A stretch of 64,000 nucleotides of DNA from Malacoraja senta (taxonomy: Eukaryota). Numbering within the stretch: position 1 is the stretch's first letter; the number at the start of each line of letters is the position of its first letter. This document shows, one piece after another, positions 24,401 to 38,465 of this stretch. Both the position numbers and the translations under genes were made by a program. The notes under the pieces are model-generated. The model searched no databases and was not told the origin of the DNA. It saw only the letters and a list, made by a program, of their open reading frames with translations. The stretch spans positions 6,510,001 to 6,574,000 of the forward strand of contig CM075988.1 in NCBI GenBank assembly GCA_038087875.1. Direction: 5' to 3'.

Positions 24401-26618
24401 CTATGATCCGCTCTAAGTGCCGGGAATAGTAACAGAATTTTTTACAGTTTTAGCGTTTGTTGCAAAATGTTAGGAATTAACTTTATGGATTTTTGAAAAA
24501 CTTTGGTCATCTGGAACTGCCTTCAGCTGCCGCTCAACAGCCAGGTCTGCTGTCGGGGACCAGTGCCAGGTTTCAAGTAATGTAATGCTTATCTTATACA
24601 TCAGAGTTGCTTTTTATCAAAGGCATTGAGGTTGCGTGATGAACTTTTGATGGAATTGCAGGGACAATGGAATGTTGTCATGGATGGTCTATTACGATTG
24701 AGATGACTTGCACTGTTGTTGGTTTCGATGAGACCAGTGTGGGAGCGTCGGTCCATTACAAGTGCAACAGGAAGGGCTTGCTGTGTAGGCAGGTGGTTAT
24801 TGAGATGAAGTGCATTTCTTCTGTGTACTGGTTCTGTGCAATCCCAGCGTAAGCTCCTATGGATCTCATTCCAGATGCTTTTTGAACATTCTAATAATTC
24901 CCAGGAATTGTCATGTGGCAAACCTTAGGTGGGAGTTGGAATGCACAGCATTCCAGGAGGAAGTCAAAATATATCACGGTGTGATATTTCTCCAAAAAAG
25001 GCTTAGTTGAAGACTTCTTAAGGTCTTACAAACCACTAAATTTGTCAAAATTGCTTTTAGTAGGTATGTCTTTCATTTATCTTTATTTCTAACATGCCTC
25101 CGACTTAGTGATTACTTTTAGTCTCAACTAATTGGAGAAGGATGGTACCTGGAATTAAGCACTTGAAGCATGCATCTAGTCAAGTAGTCTCAGGCAGTAT
25201 ATTTTGCAAAACATTTTTTATTTGATGCAACTCCAGGTTTGGATGCCTTGGGTACACCAAGTACTTTGAGTCCTATCAAAGACATAGATTATTATGCCGT
25301 ATGCTCTGAGGGCATTGAATTACTTTCATTACATTAGTCAGGGTCCAAGTGCTACCTATGCCAACACCCAATTTCAAGACATTTAGTAGTGTACTTTAAA
25401 TAAAAGAACTCTTTTATTTGGAAAGGAGACAGGAGATATTCTTTTGGTTCTTTGGTTTTAAGGAAATACTAGGAGTGCCAGGTACATTTGAACTGCCCTT
25501 TGGAGAGAAACATTTCTCCAGCATTAGCTAAACAGGGTGTATGGAACAAGTTGCCAGAGAAGGTAGTTGAGGCTGCGACTATCCCAACGTTTAAGAAACA
25601 GTAAGACAGGTACGTGGATAGGACAAATTTGGAGGGATATGGACCAAGCGCAGGCAGGTGGGACTAGTGTAGTTGGGACATGTTGGCTGGTGTGGGCAAG
25701 TTGGGCCGAAGGGCCTGTTTCCACGCTATATCACTCTGTGACTATGACTCGATGTATTTACAAGAATACCAGAGAGAAGGAATCTCTCCAGAGATGCTGC
25801 CTGTCCCGCTGGGTTACTCCTGCATTTTGTGTCTAACTTTGGTTTAAATCAACATCTGCAGTTCCTTTCTACAAGAATACCAGTATATTTTGCTTTCTGC
25901 TAAAGATGCATGAAAAGTTTAGTGTTTTCTATGTTTGTTTTTGCTTCACTGAGAAGAAAATTGGGTTCCCTTCCTTCCTCCCAATTAGCATACTTTACCT
26001 TAGATTGATCTTGTCTTCTGTCTCCAATTTTATTGCTTTTTAGTGGAGTTTCTGTGGTTGTATGTAGATTAAAAGTCCACTCCCTCATTTTATACTCAGC
26101 TGTAGAAATTAAATGTCAAGGAAGCAGTGGTATTCGTTATACAGAAACAAGTTCTAGGTCTGCACTGACATTTATTCAAGAAAGCAGCTGCTTGGAGTAG
26201 GAAACAAAATACCAAAAACAAATGGTGCCCTTGTGGGCTAGCAAACAACAGCTGCAATTTGGGGTTATGTGGTAGGGAGGGGGTGGGGAAGAGGGGCGAG
26301 GTTTCCTACTATTTTGGTATTCTGTCTGGTAAAATCCTTTGCATTGTTCTTGAAGTTCACCAAACTTGAATTTAACCTGACCCACCTGAATCTCTGCCTT
26401 CGAAGCAGCATTTTCACCGTGATTCCCCCCCCCCCCCCCCCCGTTAGAACATAAAATGATTTGATGTTGTTTGAGAATATATGCAAACTATATGAGAGAA
26501 AGAGAGAGACCACACAGGATATCATAGATTAACTGCTGTGACTCTGCTGTCAAGAGAGATGGGTATGCACAATTGACTTTCAGCAAGCTTTGCATTCTAC
26601 CAATGGCCACGTGAAAAA

Positions 26619-26747
26619 NNNNNNNNNNNNNNNNNNNNNNNNNNNNNNNNNNNNNNNNNNNNNNNNNNNNNNNNNNNNNNNNNNNNNNNNNNNNNNNNNN
26701 NNNNNNNNNNNNNNNNNNNNNNNNNNNNNNNNNNNNNNNNNNNNNNN
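26619..26747. other. Assembly gap (129 N)
   Basis: Run of n characters. Confidence 0.99.
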
Positions 26748-29700
26748 GCAATTGCAACACATTTGTATGTAATTATCCCCCATTCCTTGTATTCTAACGC
26801 AAATGTGCTAGGTTTGAAATGTGTTTTTAACAGGGGAAAAGTTAGGTTTATAGATTTAAATGTTGGCATCTCAGATTTGATGCCATTGTCAGTACAATAT
26901 TTTAATTGTCTTTCACAAGGAACTCCGTGGAAGAACAGTTTGGTGTACAGAAATATAACAGTTAATTATGGAACTCTTCACGAATAAGTATAGTCAATGT
27001 ATTCAGCAATATTGAGTAAAAGATTCCTGTTCTTTGACTTCATTGCAGCTGGAGTTGTAATTTGTCCACAATGTCATAAATTTAAAATTTAGCTGAGGGG
27101 CCTTTTTTCCATGCTGAGTAATTCTGACTCCTAATATTTTGTGTAGGTATACACTGATCTCTTGTGGTGCAGTGTAAGCAAGCCAGTAATTTGAGAAGTC
27201 ATAGCTATACTGCTGGATTATTTTTACTTTTCAAGTAACACCTTTGGTGTGATTTCCTGAGTTGATTCTGATGTGTGTTTTTGTGGATGAGGGCCTCTAC
27301 TGGAAATAATGTGTTGTAATAACATTTTTCACATATTAGATAATCTAGTTTGCAGATAATAAAGACTGGTTGCATGGGTAGAACTCCATTTGACTCTTTC
27401 ACACAAGGTAACTCTAATCATACGTCACTGAAACATCTTCTAGCCAGCTACTGCACTGCTTTCATTTGTATTTAACAAGAAGGATGGTCCTCAGTGCTAC
27501 TCGTGATTGTCATTTTGTTATTTGGACAGAAACACTTAACTGAGTTAGGCAGCATCTATGATAGATAGAGTACTGGAGTAACTCAACGGGTCAGGCAACA
27601 TCTCTGGAGAAAAAATGATGTTTTTTTAACAAAGTGCTGCTAATTGTATGGGAACTTTACTCTCATCGTGTGGTTTTATAGGTTTGAGTTAAAGTGAGAG
27701 AGAAAAAAGTGAATGATAGAATTAGGGGAAGGACATAATAGAGAAACTGATGGAACTTGATAAATTGACTGGAATGCAGAGGAGAGGAATTGAAAGTAAA
27801 GGACCACATATGAAAATGGATATTGTAGTCTTCAAATATTTGTATACCTGTCCAGTGGTAAACTAGGGTCTTGTGGATTAATTTCATAATTAATGGATAT
27901 GGGGACCTCTTGGAGGGCATCAATTAAAACAAATGAAACTCAATACCAATTGTGGTTCAAAAAAAAGAAAATCCATAAAGGGCTGAAATCTGTTTTGGAG
28001 CTAGAAATTGAATGTTCCTGAGTGTTGTTTTGATGTAGTTATATCTTTTAACTCAATTAACATCTCTGCAAAAAAACATTTTGGGTTTACTTGGTAATTT
28101 TGACAATTTTTCCTATCTACATGGTAATGTTGGATTTGAAGTGGGAAGCAAAGGAGAAAATGGTATGCTTTTGAAGAGGTTTGGTACTTCAATGAATATA
28201 GGTGTCAGTATTATCTACCTGTAGAATATAATTATTCTGGAAATGTGTTAGACTTCAGGTAGACAGCGTGGAAATAGGCCCTTTGGCCCACCGAGTCCAC
28301 ACTGACCAGAGATCACCTCCATACACTAGCACTATCCTACACACTTGGGACAGTTTACAGTTTTTACCAAATCCAATTCACTTACAAATCTCTACATCTT
28401 TGGAGTGTGGGAGGGAACTGGATGGTTAACATCCGAACACCCCAAAGAATTTCCTCCAACTGCAACGTACAAGTCAGAAGCAGGATGGAATACCTACCTT
28501 TGAATTGTCTGGATGAATAGCACTCTAAAAGATGTTTAACATCATCCACAGTGAAGTAGCCCAATGGACTGGCATCCTAATAACTATCTTGCAGTAGTAT
28601 AACTAATTAGCTGTAGTATGTTCCACTTACAGAATGTATTGTTTCATGGCAGCACTATTCCAAGCAATCCCAAACCTACAAGTTCACAACCAAGCAGGAT
28701 AGTTGCAGAAGATGCCTGGGATGTTACTGCCTGCAGATTCTCCTACAACATTCACAGCATCCTGACCTGGAAATTTATTGCTGTTCTTTAATGGTTACTG
28801 GGTCTAAATCCTGAAATTATATACCCAATAGCACCTTGGGAATTAGTTTATTATTGTCATGTGTACCAAGATACAGTGAAACACTTTGTTTGCATGTTGT
28901 CCAGACAAATCATGCTAAATTATCCAGACAATCAAGCTAAACTCGAGTACAACAGGTAGTGCAAATAGAAAAATACCAGAGTGCCGTCAGTATATTGTGT
29001 TACAGCATTATAGCGTTACACTATTGGGAATACCGTAACAAGGAAATTAGTTTATCATCAATTTCTCGTGTGCTGTAAATGCTGGCCTTCCAAACAATGT
29101 CTGCATTCCAAAATATGAATCAACAAAAATAATGGCTTAATAAAATTCCCTGTGATTATTCATTGGGTCCAGATTCTAATTCTAGTATCTACCTTCCAAA
29201 TAATGAAAATATTAGATGAAGTTTTAATCCGATGAGAAAAATATTTTATACAATTGTATTATGAGCATTATTCACACGAGCTATGCAAAGAAGTTGCACT
29301 ACACCGTTTCCTTGCAAAAAAACACATGGTCCTCAAGGACGTTTATCATCCTTGATATGCAAAGACAGACTTTTAGTGCCATTGAAGGGCACAGTTATCA
29401 GCAGCAGGACAAGGTTTCTTCATTGGAGGGAACTAAGACATGTAATGCATGCCAGGACCTCTGGCGCATCATTTGCACAGCTGGTAACGGAACACTATTA
29501 TGCATGGTCCACACTCTCTTGGCATGTGCTGGCATGTGCTCTATGAGCATTTGCAAGTTATGAGACAAACCCAGATTTTGATGGTTTTCATATGGAGGCA
29601 AGGAAAGTTGTAATTTACTATACCTTGGTATTCATAATGTACATCTTGAGTTTCTAAGAAAATTGCTATCACCAAGTGTACCCTTGTCAGATTTATTGTA

Positions 29701-31049
29701 GCATCCACTTTCAGCAAATAAGATCTCGCACAGCGTTACAAAATTATCCACAGGCTAAAAACTCAAGTGGAATTGGTAGACACTAAAAGTATCTAATCTC
29801 AATTATACCATAACTCAATGCGTTTGATGTAATTCCATCCTGACATTTTGCCCACTACGCTGAGCAATGTCTACCCGTTCACAGTAGTTCTGTTATATAA
29901 TTTTCTCATCCACTCCCTAAACACACTGGACACAATTTACAGAGGCCAATTACATATCCGTGTACATATTCCAGTGAGGGCTAGCTATCGAGATGATAGG
30001 GCACGACCACTAACCCATGGGTTTGGGGAAGTTTCATTAGAGTAGGTCTTGGTGAGTAACTGCAGGGCACTTTATTAAAATGGCACACATTGTAGCCAGA
30101 GATGAAGAAAATTAATGCTTAGGATGGTGGATGGAAACAAGGTGTCGGAGCATCTATCTAGGCAAATTTCCAACACTCTGCCTTGTGCCGGCCGAGTAGA
30201 TAGTCGAAAGGATTTGCCAACATAATCGCAGACCATTTATACCCTGTTCATTCAGTCTTCTCCCCACTCCCGTCAGATGGAAAATATGTGATCTCCCAAA
30301 CTACCTCATAGTGGCCCTTGCATTTTTTTTTTCAACTATAAGACTATCGTGCTGTAACGCGATATTTTGCGCTTTTTCTTTTGCGCTACTTGTGTATGAC
30401 TATTTGTACTTGTATAGTATGATTTGACTTGATAGTATGAAAACAAAGATTTTCACTGTATCACAGTACAAATGACAATAATATACCAATCCCAAATTGG
30501 TTATAGGTCGAGTGATATAGTGCCATGGGATACATCTAACCAGGATTAGCTGTGCTAGCCTGTATGTCTACAATTTACCATGTACTTATGAGTAACTATG
30601 CTCAGCTTTCCACATCCTATTCACCTGGATTTCAACTCATGCCAACTTTTGTTCTTTGGAAAGTTTTTTTTAAATTTTGCCTTAAGCCAGTCCTTTCATA
30701 ATCTTTACTGACAGATCATATTAAAGAAAGCTGCATAGGGAATACTCAGTAAAGCTCGAAGAACTGAGCGGTTCAGGCAGCATCTGGGGAGGGAGTGCAC
30801 AGGCCACATTTTGGGAATTCAGGAATGCTTGTGTTGGATCCAAGCAGCCTGTTGGAAATGAGTGGTAAAGGGGAGGGGGGGAGGAGAAGAAAAAATAAAG
30901 AGGTGGAGAAATCTCCTTTTAGGGTGATGGACTGTGATATTCAGACAGAATTCCAAGAGTGAAGTATGCCACATGCAGTATCTTGCTCCATGCACACAAT
31001 TAGGCAATGTGTTTTGGGGGGGGGGGGGGAGGGAGGGATCATACTCCTC

Positions 31050-32385
31050 AGATGAATGATTTCAATACTTTTTACATGAGAGTTCGGTATTACGAAAAAC
31101 GCTAGGAATCATGGGATTTGTCAAATGTCGAACGCTATAAATAAAAATCGAACAAAGCGCTGTAGATTCACTGAGTATAGTTTTGGGTCCGATTTTTTGT
31201 GTGTCTTTTTTCAGAGGGGGGGGGGAAGACACCGGGCGGGAGGGGGGAGACCGGACGGGCTGCCGAACTGCCACTGGACCGTCCCCTCCCCGCTCACTCG
31301 AGTGTCCCATCCCCATCCAGGGGGCGGCCAGAGACGTCCAGACCGAAGGGACACCAGGCCCAGGGCGGAGAAGCACCAACCTCAGTTCACCTCCGCCTCT
31401 CTTCCCAGGCCAACCGACAACACCAGCGGCCCCAGACCAACAAACCCACAGCCAGTGCCAACCCTGCTCCAACTCCAGAGGAACCCGCTCCCCGATGGGC
31501 CACTACAGCGACAAGTGCCAGTTCGCCCCTGCGCTTCCTCAGCCGCCGCCCCAAGTACAAGCCGTACCTTGCACACCACAGACCTTCTGACCCTGCAGTA
31601 CCCGCTGCCACTCATGCACAACCCCGAGGAGGAGTGAGGGCCCCAGCCTCGCCTGCGCCAGAGCGACAGCCTAGGCTCAGCCTCTTCCGGCCCGGCGCTA
31701 GACTGCTGCGCTGCGGACGGCCTTCAGCCCCGACCTGGAGTTGGAGCTGGCCCGGACTCTGGGCTTGGGGCTGGGCAAGGGAGGGGGAGGAGGTTGCTGC
31801 TGCCGCCAGCACCACCAACAGCAGCTCCAGCAGGCGCCCGGCCTGCCCATGACCGGCAGGAGCCCGTCGCAGACTCTCTCTCCGACCAGGACATCAGCAG
31901 CAGCGGCTCTGAGTCGCCCGGGTTTCGAGCAGGGCCGGCGGCTGCCCATCTTCAGCAGGATCTCGGTGTCGGACTGAGGGGAGAGGGTTGGAGGTGGAGG
32001 GCTGCCGGCCAACCCGACAGGACAGGCAGAGCCGAACTGGAGCCAGCGGCTGCAGCGCCGGTTGCAAGTCCAGGGCCGTCCTGGACAGGGAAGGGACACC
32101 GGGGGAGGGGGAGGGGACGGGGACGGCCCAGCAGCAACTCAAGAGCACCCGCCGCGACGGAGAGCCAACCCCAACCACGGATGAGACTTTAGAGCTAGTG
32201 ACCTATGACCTGGGAATGCGCAGTCGGAATACCCAACTCGCTTATTGGTTTAATTGTTTGCCTGTATATATTTTTCTAACTGGGTGTTTCTTACACAGTT
32301 TTAATTGTTTTTTTAAACTAAGAGAAAAGCTATTGTTAAATAAAACGAACACCAGCCCTATGGGCTAATAGGTGCCTATCTCTCC
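31050..32385. other. GC/CpG-rich island inside CDON intron 1; probable young non-autonomous repeat
   Basis: Abrupt compositional change (GC-rich core about 31215-32180, AT-rich but CpG-retaining ends). Overlapping low-complexity ORFs in all frames. No convincing TIR/TSD found. Confidence 0.4.
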
Positions 32386-34299
32386 AAATACTTTGGAGAC
32401 GTGAGTCTCGTTCTGAGCCTTGAAGACACAATTTGGTTTGTAGGATTGTTGCAATCATGCATAAGTACAAATGTATCTCTATTTTGTGTGTGCCATTAAA
32501 GGGTTCAACTGATTAATACAACATTTTACTTCTTGTTGTGATGGTGTCAACACTGCATCTCTGTGGCAACTTATTCTTCCCCTTTTTGCTCCAGAATCTC
32601 CAGTCTTACTAAAAACCCAACTATTTCTACTTCTCCATCCTACAACTCAATCAAATGTTGTATTCTGCAGTTGCTAGGGAATTGTCTTCACTTTTAATGA
32701 AAATTTTCTATTGGAAAATTTCTTGTAGCTGTTATAATTTATTTCCCCCTTTTATATACTATGATTTTCACAATGAGTTATGATTGTGAAAAGTTAAAAG
32801 ATAATCTTGCCATGCTGCAGTTATGTTGTGTGACTCAGTCTACTGTTTACCGTGACCTGACATTTTTGGGTGAATGTATAGTTGCTAAGGCTAAATGTTT
32901 TGTTTAATGTTTAAGTGCATTTGGAGCTGAATAAACACAGCTACTGCAGAATATATTCTACTTGAATTTCTTTGCAATGGAATATGCGATGGTTTTATTT
33001 CCTATTTAAATTGTAATTCATCCTTTGAATGTAATTCCCTGCAACTATTTTTTTCTCTTTATTTAGAATTTAGTTAATTAATTTGCGAGGATTATTTATC
33101 ATGTTCAAATATCTCTAATACGAATGAATAGTTTGCATTCATGAGGATAAGGGTCCATTAAGACTACATTAACACATAGCACTAATATAATTGAATTTGT
33201 TTGCAGAAAGAAGTTTTGAAATATTTGTATTAAAATGGGTGGAAGTGCCAATGAAAAGAGATTCAAAAGATAATTGACATGGTATGGTGTTGGGTGGATG
33301 GGGGAAGAGTGGGGATGAAATACACGGAAGGACTGGGTAAAGAGAAGGATTTGAGATTTTTTAAAGTGGCTGGGTGAAATGCAGAGGGTGCTGGACAATG
33401 AATTGTGGCTCTGGGGTAAAAGTTGTCATCAGTAAGGATGGAAAGGGATAGGAGCTATAAATTGCACGTTATAGATAAGGAAGGTCGATACAATAATGTG
33501 GGACAGGTGGGTATAAACTAATGTAAAATGGATGAAGTCATAACCTGATTTGAAAATCTGTTCAGCCAAATGCGGTTGAAAGTTACAGAGCAATTACGAA
33601 AGAGCGAACAATTGTGGTGATGAAATTGCTGTACCAGGAGCCAGCACATACTCGTTGGGCTGAACGGCCTCTGTAATGTAACAATGCTATGCTGAGATCT
33701 TTAATGTAAAATCAATGGGATGTTGCTATTGTTATAATTCAATTTGTGCCAATTATTAAGACTGGACAGAATTGTTGCATAAGCAACGTTTAACTCGGCA
33801 TTAAAAATCTAGATGCAAAACTGAATTCTCCATTTCTCACCTGCACAAAAGCAAAATACTGTCAATGCTGAATATCAAATAAAATAGAAAATGTAGTGTA
33901 GTGAAAACTTGGGTTCAAATTACCTTCTGTGACTAGATTGTATCTTTAATTTTTCATGTTAATACTTTTTATTGGCATTGGAAAAGCAACGGCGTTTAAG
34001 CAAGTAAAGATGGGAGGATAAATCAGAAGGGAACGTTGTTTTGTAAAATAGAAGGCTTGAGAGATTAGCTGTCAAGAGGGATAATAGTGCAAAGCCAAAG
34101 GGGGTTGGAATGCTATGGTCAGCTGATTAATTTGGTTGCACTCTTGCCTGAAATTTGTGAAATTCAAGTCACTGCAAAAATCTAATTTAAGACAATGCAA
34201 CAGTAGTGATTTAAGTGCTAGATTTACAGGAATGTGATTTCTGTTTGCTAAATTAGATGATAAAATGCAAGCATGAAGCAAGTAATATGCATCTGCCTG

Positions 34300-34545
34300 C
34301 TGTGGTGGATGTTAAAGATTACGTGGCACTAATGGAAGAAGACCCATCACTCTTCCAGTGTCCTGACAACATTCCTCCCTCTACCAGTATCATGAAAACC
34401 AAGTTAACAGGTCATTGATCTTATTGTTGATGGTTCTTTTGTGCAGTGACTTCTATCCTTGCCTATATAAAAGTAACTACACTTCTTTGTAAGCAATTCA
34501 TTGTACACAGAACATTTTGAGATATTTCTGAGTGATGCGAGAAAT
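34300..34545 (+). mobile_element. Old Deu-domain SINE (SacSINE/AmnSINE-like)
   Basis: ggatgttaaagattacgtggcacta...gaagaag...gtgtcctgacaacattcctccctc...ggtcatt...gtaactacacttc resembles the recalled Deu-domain consensus. Confidence 0.65.
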
Positions 34546-37500
34546 CTAACTCCAGTAGATTTACATACATGGTCCAATCTTTGACGGCTGTACTATAAGG
34601 ATAGTATATCTACTATTCTATAAGTCATTTTAGTCACTGGTCACTTTATAATGTTCTGATATAATTTGACTGATGCTATAATATATATCAATTTGTAAAT
34701 AGGTTATAATGTGTTTTCTTGCAATGCTATGACATACCCCTTATTGACGCAACCGGCAAGCCTTAGAATAAATAAGCTTGTCAAAAGTAAAAGTTGCTAT
34801 ATTTTCGGAATATAAGGACTGAGAGTCTGTTGACTGACGGTTCATTTAGGCAGTTGTTTGCTCACTAACGTGGCCACTTTTGCCTGTAAACTGCTTAAAA
34901 TGGTAGGAAAATTGAGTCCGTTTTTGACTCTTGAGAAATATGCTTTCAATGTGGTCAGGTCATGTTCCCCCACATTCCCCAAACTATGAGCACACTATGT
35001 GTCTGTGTATATACTGTTATTGAAATGGATAGTACCCTGTTTTATAAAGCTACCAAAAAGATAACAAGGAAATTGCTATCAAAGTAGTTCATGTGGCAGA
35101 AATATGTTCTGCATGTGATATGTGACTGCTAAATATCCGTGGCATTATCTCACTATAATTCACACTTTATAACAAGGTTATGATGCCCAAGCCGTGTTAT
35201 TGAATCGGGCTGAAGAAGTGTCCTGAATGGAAATGTTGTCTGTTCATTTCCACCCACGGATGCTGCCTGACCCGCTGAGTTCCTATGTCAGTTTGTTTTT
35301 TGCTCAAGATTCCACCATCCGCAGTCTCTTGTGTCTCTAATGTTGTTGAACTATTGATTTTATTTACACGGGCGAAGGTGGAGAGATGTTTTGGAAAAAT
35401 TATATCTGGAAATATTGGTATGGAATTTGATCATTCCCTACCATCACTCAGATGTGGTTTACAGTAATTACTTTGAGCCAATCAACAAAGGTCACTGCAA
35501 AGATCTGATGGAAAATATTAACAAAGAAGCCAGCAGGAACTGGAGTAAATGAGAGGTGAAGGAAGAGTAAATCAAGTTGATACGATATGAAATACTTATT
35601 GCGGGATTTATCTGAAACTTGGCAATGGGTCGCAAAGCTGCAGTGAGTCAGTCCTACATGTCTTAACTTAAAATCAGATGCTGTTTCTTAGATTTGAGGT
35701 CATGAATAACATCCTCTGTGACTTTGACCATGGTGTATTATCTCTTCATGTAATTCATTGGCTATAAAACACTTTGGCCCAGATGCCGTGAAAGAATTTT
35801 TTAAAAAGTAGTTCTTAGTTCTAACTTGACCTCTCCACTGCCGGTCATACATTTGGCCTTACCATTATCCTCTCTGGTTCTGTGTGGTACATCTCTTGGG
35901 AACTTTCCTCACAAAGTTTTATTTCAAACTGTTAAAATGCAGCAGGGTCTCTCCACCGATATAATATCACTATAACTCGTTACCACTTGCATGCAGTCGA
36001 TATCCTTTTCTGATAAAGCAAACTTTTCTGAAACATGGATGGAAACCTTTGTTTTCAGGCCCGGTAGAAATCAACATTGTAGATGGTACACAAACCCGTT
36101 TATAATCTGAATTTGCTCAAAACTGAGTTTCACTCACATTGAGCAACATTTGCTGATTGCTCCTATGATTAATATTTTATTGTTTCAGCGCATTTGATTG
36201 TGGTCAAATATGGAGCTGTGTTTTTGGTAATTAAAAATAATACATCTTCAACCCTTTTCATTTGTTTCCCAATTGCCAACAGAGATCGTCACAGCTATAA
36301 ACTAACTTTAATGAGTTTTCAATCTGTTCATTTTTCTAACATACTACTTCTGATATATCATTAGAGACGTACTGTTTTCCTTATTGAGAAAGGAGAGTGG
36401 GAAAAAATTAACTACACTTTCTGCAAATGAATTGTACAGCTTCACAGATTTCAAGACTGAAAGCTGATTGGGCTCAGATGTGATGCCTCCATTGTCAAAT
36501 ATTAAACTTTCCCAAAACAAATGCTATCTGTGCTGTCTCAGCTGAAGGTTTAGTGATTGTGGAATAATCCTGGTGAAGTTCTTAGAGAAATAGAACCAAA
36601 GTAACTAGGCTGTGGGCAGCATTTTGTCTTTAAAGCAGTGTTTACTCGCTGCTATCACTTTGTAAAATGTCTGTTAATTTAAAAATTACTGAAGTGTTAA
36701 GATTCAGTGAGTGGCGCTCACTGTTCGGATAGGAACTTTTAGTTATTGTGCTTTAGAGCAAGGTGCCACGCTTATTTACTGCTTGGAGCCTAGGCACATC
36801 CTTGAATCTAATTAGGAACACATTGAGTGTCATTGTAACTGGCAACCACTCAATATTGCCTTATCTGTGACTAACCTCTGACTCAGGCAGTGACCTCTCC
36901 CAGGTTACCCGGAGGTCGAGGGGCTTCCATTGTGCAGACAGAAGTGGATCATGTGGAGTTGATTATTTTCTGTTTTCTCTGTCTTTGCTACAATTTATCC
37001 AAGTCACTTCCATTTTCTTCCCACTTAGCTGGCTGGCATGAAAGGAAATGTCTTTGTTGGCATTTGGACGATAAGCATGCTTGATTGGTTCCACTGCAGC
37101 TTTTGGGTGGAAGGCGGGGGGGATGGGGAAAGTTTGTGAAATCCCAGAAACCTACGGACAGGGAACATCATGCTCTAGAAGGCTGCAGCTGCTCTGCTCA
37201 TTGTCCCAGAGCCTGGAATAAGCAGAGAGTGAGCACGACACACACAGTGTTCTCTACAGATTGGAACGATGCCATTGATCAAAGGCCTACAGACGACTGA
37301 AGAAGCACATAGAAAGAAGGGAGCAATAATCTCATTTCCCCCTCCACCCCTGCAGCTTTAAAACTTGTTACAAAATTTACATGGCTAACTTTGAGGCAGA
37401 AATTTCCTGAGAAGTGTAGAAATGTTGCCAGCTGCTGATTGCAGACTTAATAGTAACACACTTGATAAGAGGAAAAACTGGAACGTTTTCTTTTTGACCA

Positions 37501-37560
37501 AGATCAATGACATACATGTTTGGAAGAGATTGCAGGCAAAGCTCCAGTAGCTTGTGCAAT

Positions 37561-37603
37561 TGTTGATCCTGCTATTACAACTGTTGATCCTGCTATTACA
37601 ACT
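37561..37603. repeat. 21-bp tandem duplication
   Basis: TGTTGATCCTGCTATTACAAC x2. Confidence 0.9.
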
Positions 37604-37647
37604 GAAAGTTTTCATAGCATGGCCTAAGGTTGCCAGCTGTTAGTTTC

Positions 37648-37905
37648 ATGTGGATGTTAAAAAGATAGCACTGTTCAACATAGAGAAATCCTCTTAATTC
37701 TATGATCCATATTCATCCCTTGGCCCACATAATTACAGGAAATAAGCACAGGTTAAATGCCCAGTTATTCTCTTTGATGCTTGTGACATCTTGTTTGAAA
37801 AATGACTACCACTTGCACAATAGTCACTACACTAAGTAACTCATTATTTGAAAAATATATAGGATGTTTTTCAATGATATTTGAATGTGCTATATAAATC
37901 CCTTT
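37648..37905 (+). mobile_element. Old Deu-domain SINE
   Basis: gtggatgttaaaaga...tattcatccct...agtcactacact...gtgctatataaat; colinear with the 34300 copy. Confidence 0.55.
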
Positions 37906-38335
37906 CTCATAGGTTGTGAACAGAAAGTTTTACGAAGATGTGTGTTGGAATGCAGACAATGAGTTGCAAACTCGCTGTTTCTTTGCACAGGTTATTGTTT
38001 AGCAATTTTGTCCGCTCTGTAATTGCTCTTCTATCCACTCAGTGAATGTTACAGGAAGTCGCCAGGTTACGGCAGCGTTCCATTCCTGAGTTCATTGCCC
38101 AAACTGTTCGAAAGTCGCAAATAAACAAAAATTGTGTGTGGGAGAGGATCACAGGAACAGCTGTGAAGGGAGCACAAGCAGCACGGGACGAGCAGCCGCC
38201 AACCAGCCTCAGTGATTTGTGTGGCTCGGGGTGGTGGAAGTGAGAGGAGAGAAAAGGCGCACTGAAGAAACTTGCAACCCTGTAGGAGCCAGTAATTCCA
38301 CCCCCATCTATCCAGCCAGTCACTCAAACATTCAC

Positions 38336-38465
38336 GTGTTAAAGAAGGAACTGCAGATGCTGGAAAATCGAAGGTACACAAAAATGCTGGAGAAACTCAG
38401 CGGGTGCAGCAGCATCTATGGAGCGAAGGAAATAGGCAACGTTTCGGGCCAAAACCCTTCTTCAG
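38336..38465 (-). mobile_element. Young Penelope-like terminal fragment with 8-bp TSD
   Basis: ACATTCAC direct repeat at 38328-38335 and 38466-38473. Almost identical to the 42216-42402 insertion. Confidence 0.8.

Noticed and set aside
26488-26869. ORFs containing X runs
   Set aside because: Artefacts of the N gap.
31062-32368. Long overlapping ORFs (up to 217 aa) as a novel gene
   Set aside because: They occur in all six frames, are Pro/Gly/Arg/Ala-rich with no motif, and are expected from high GC content.
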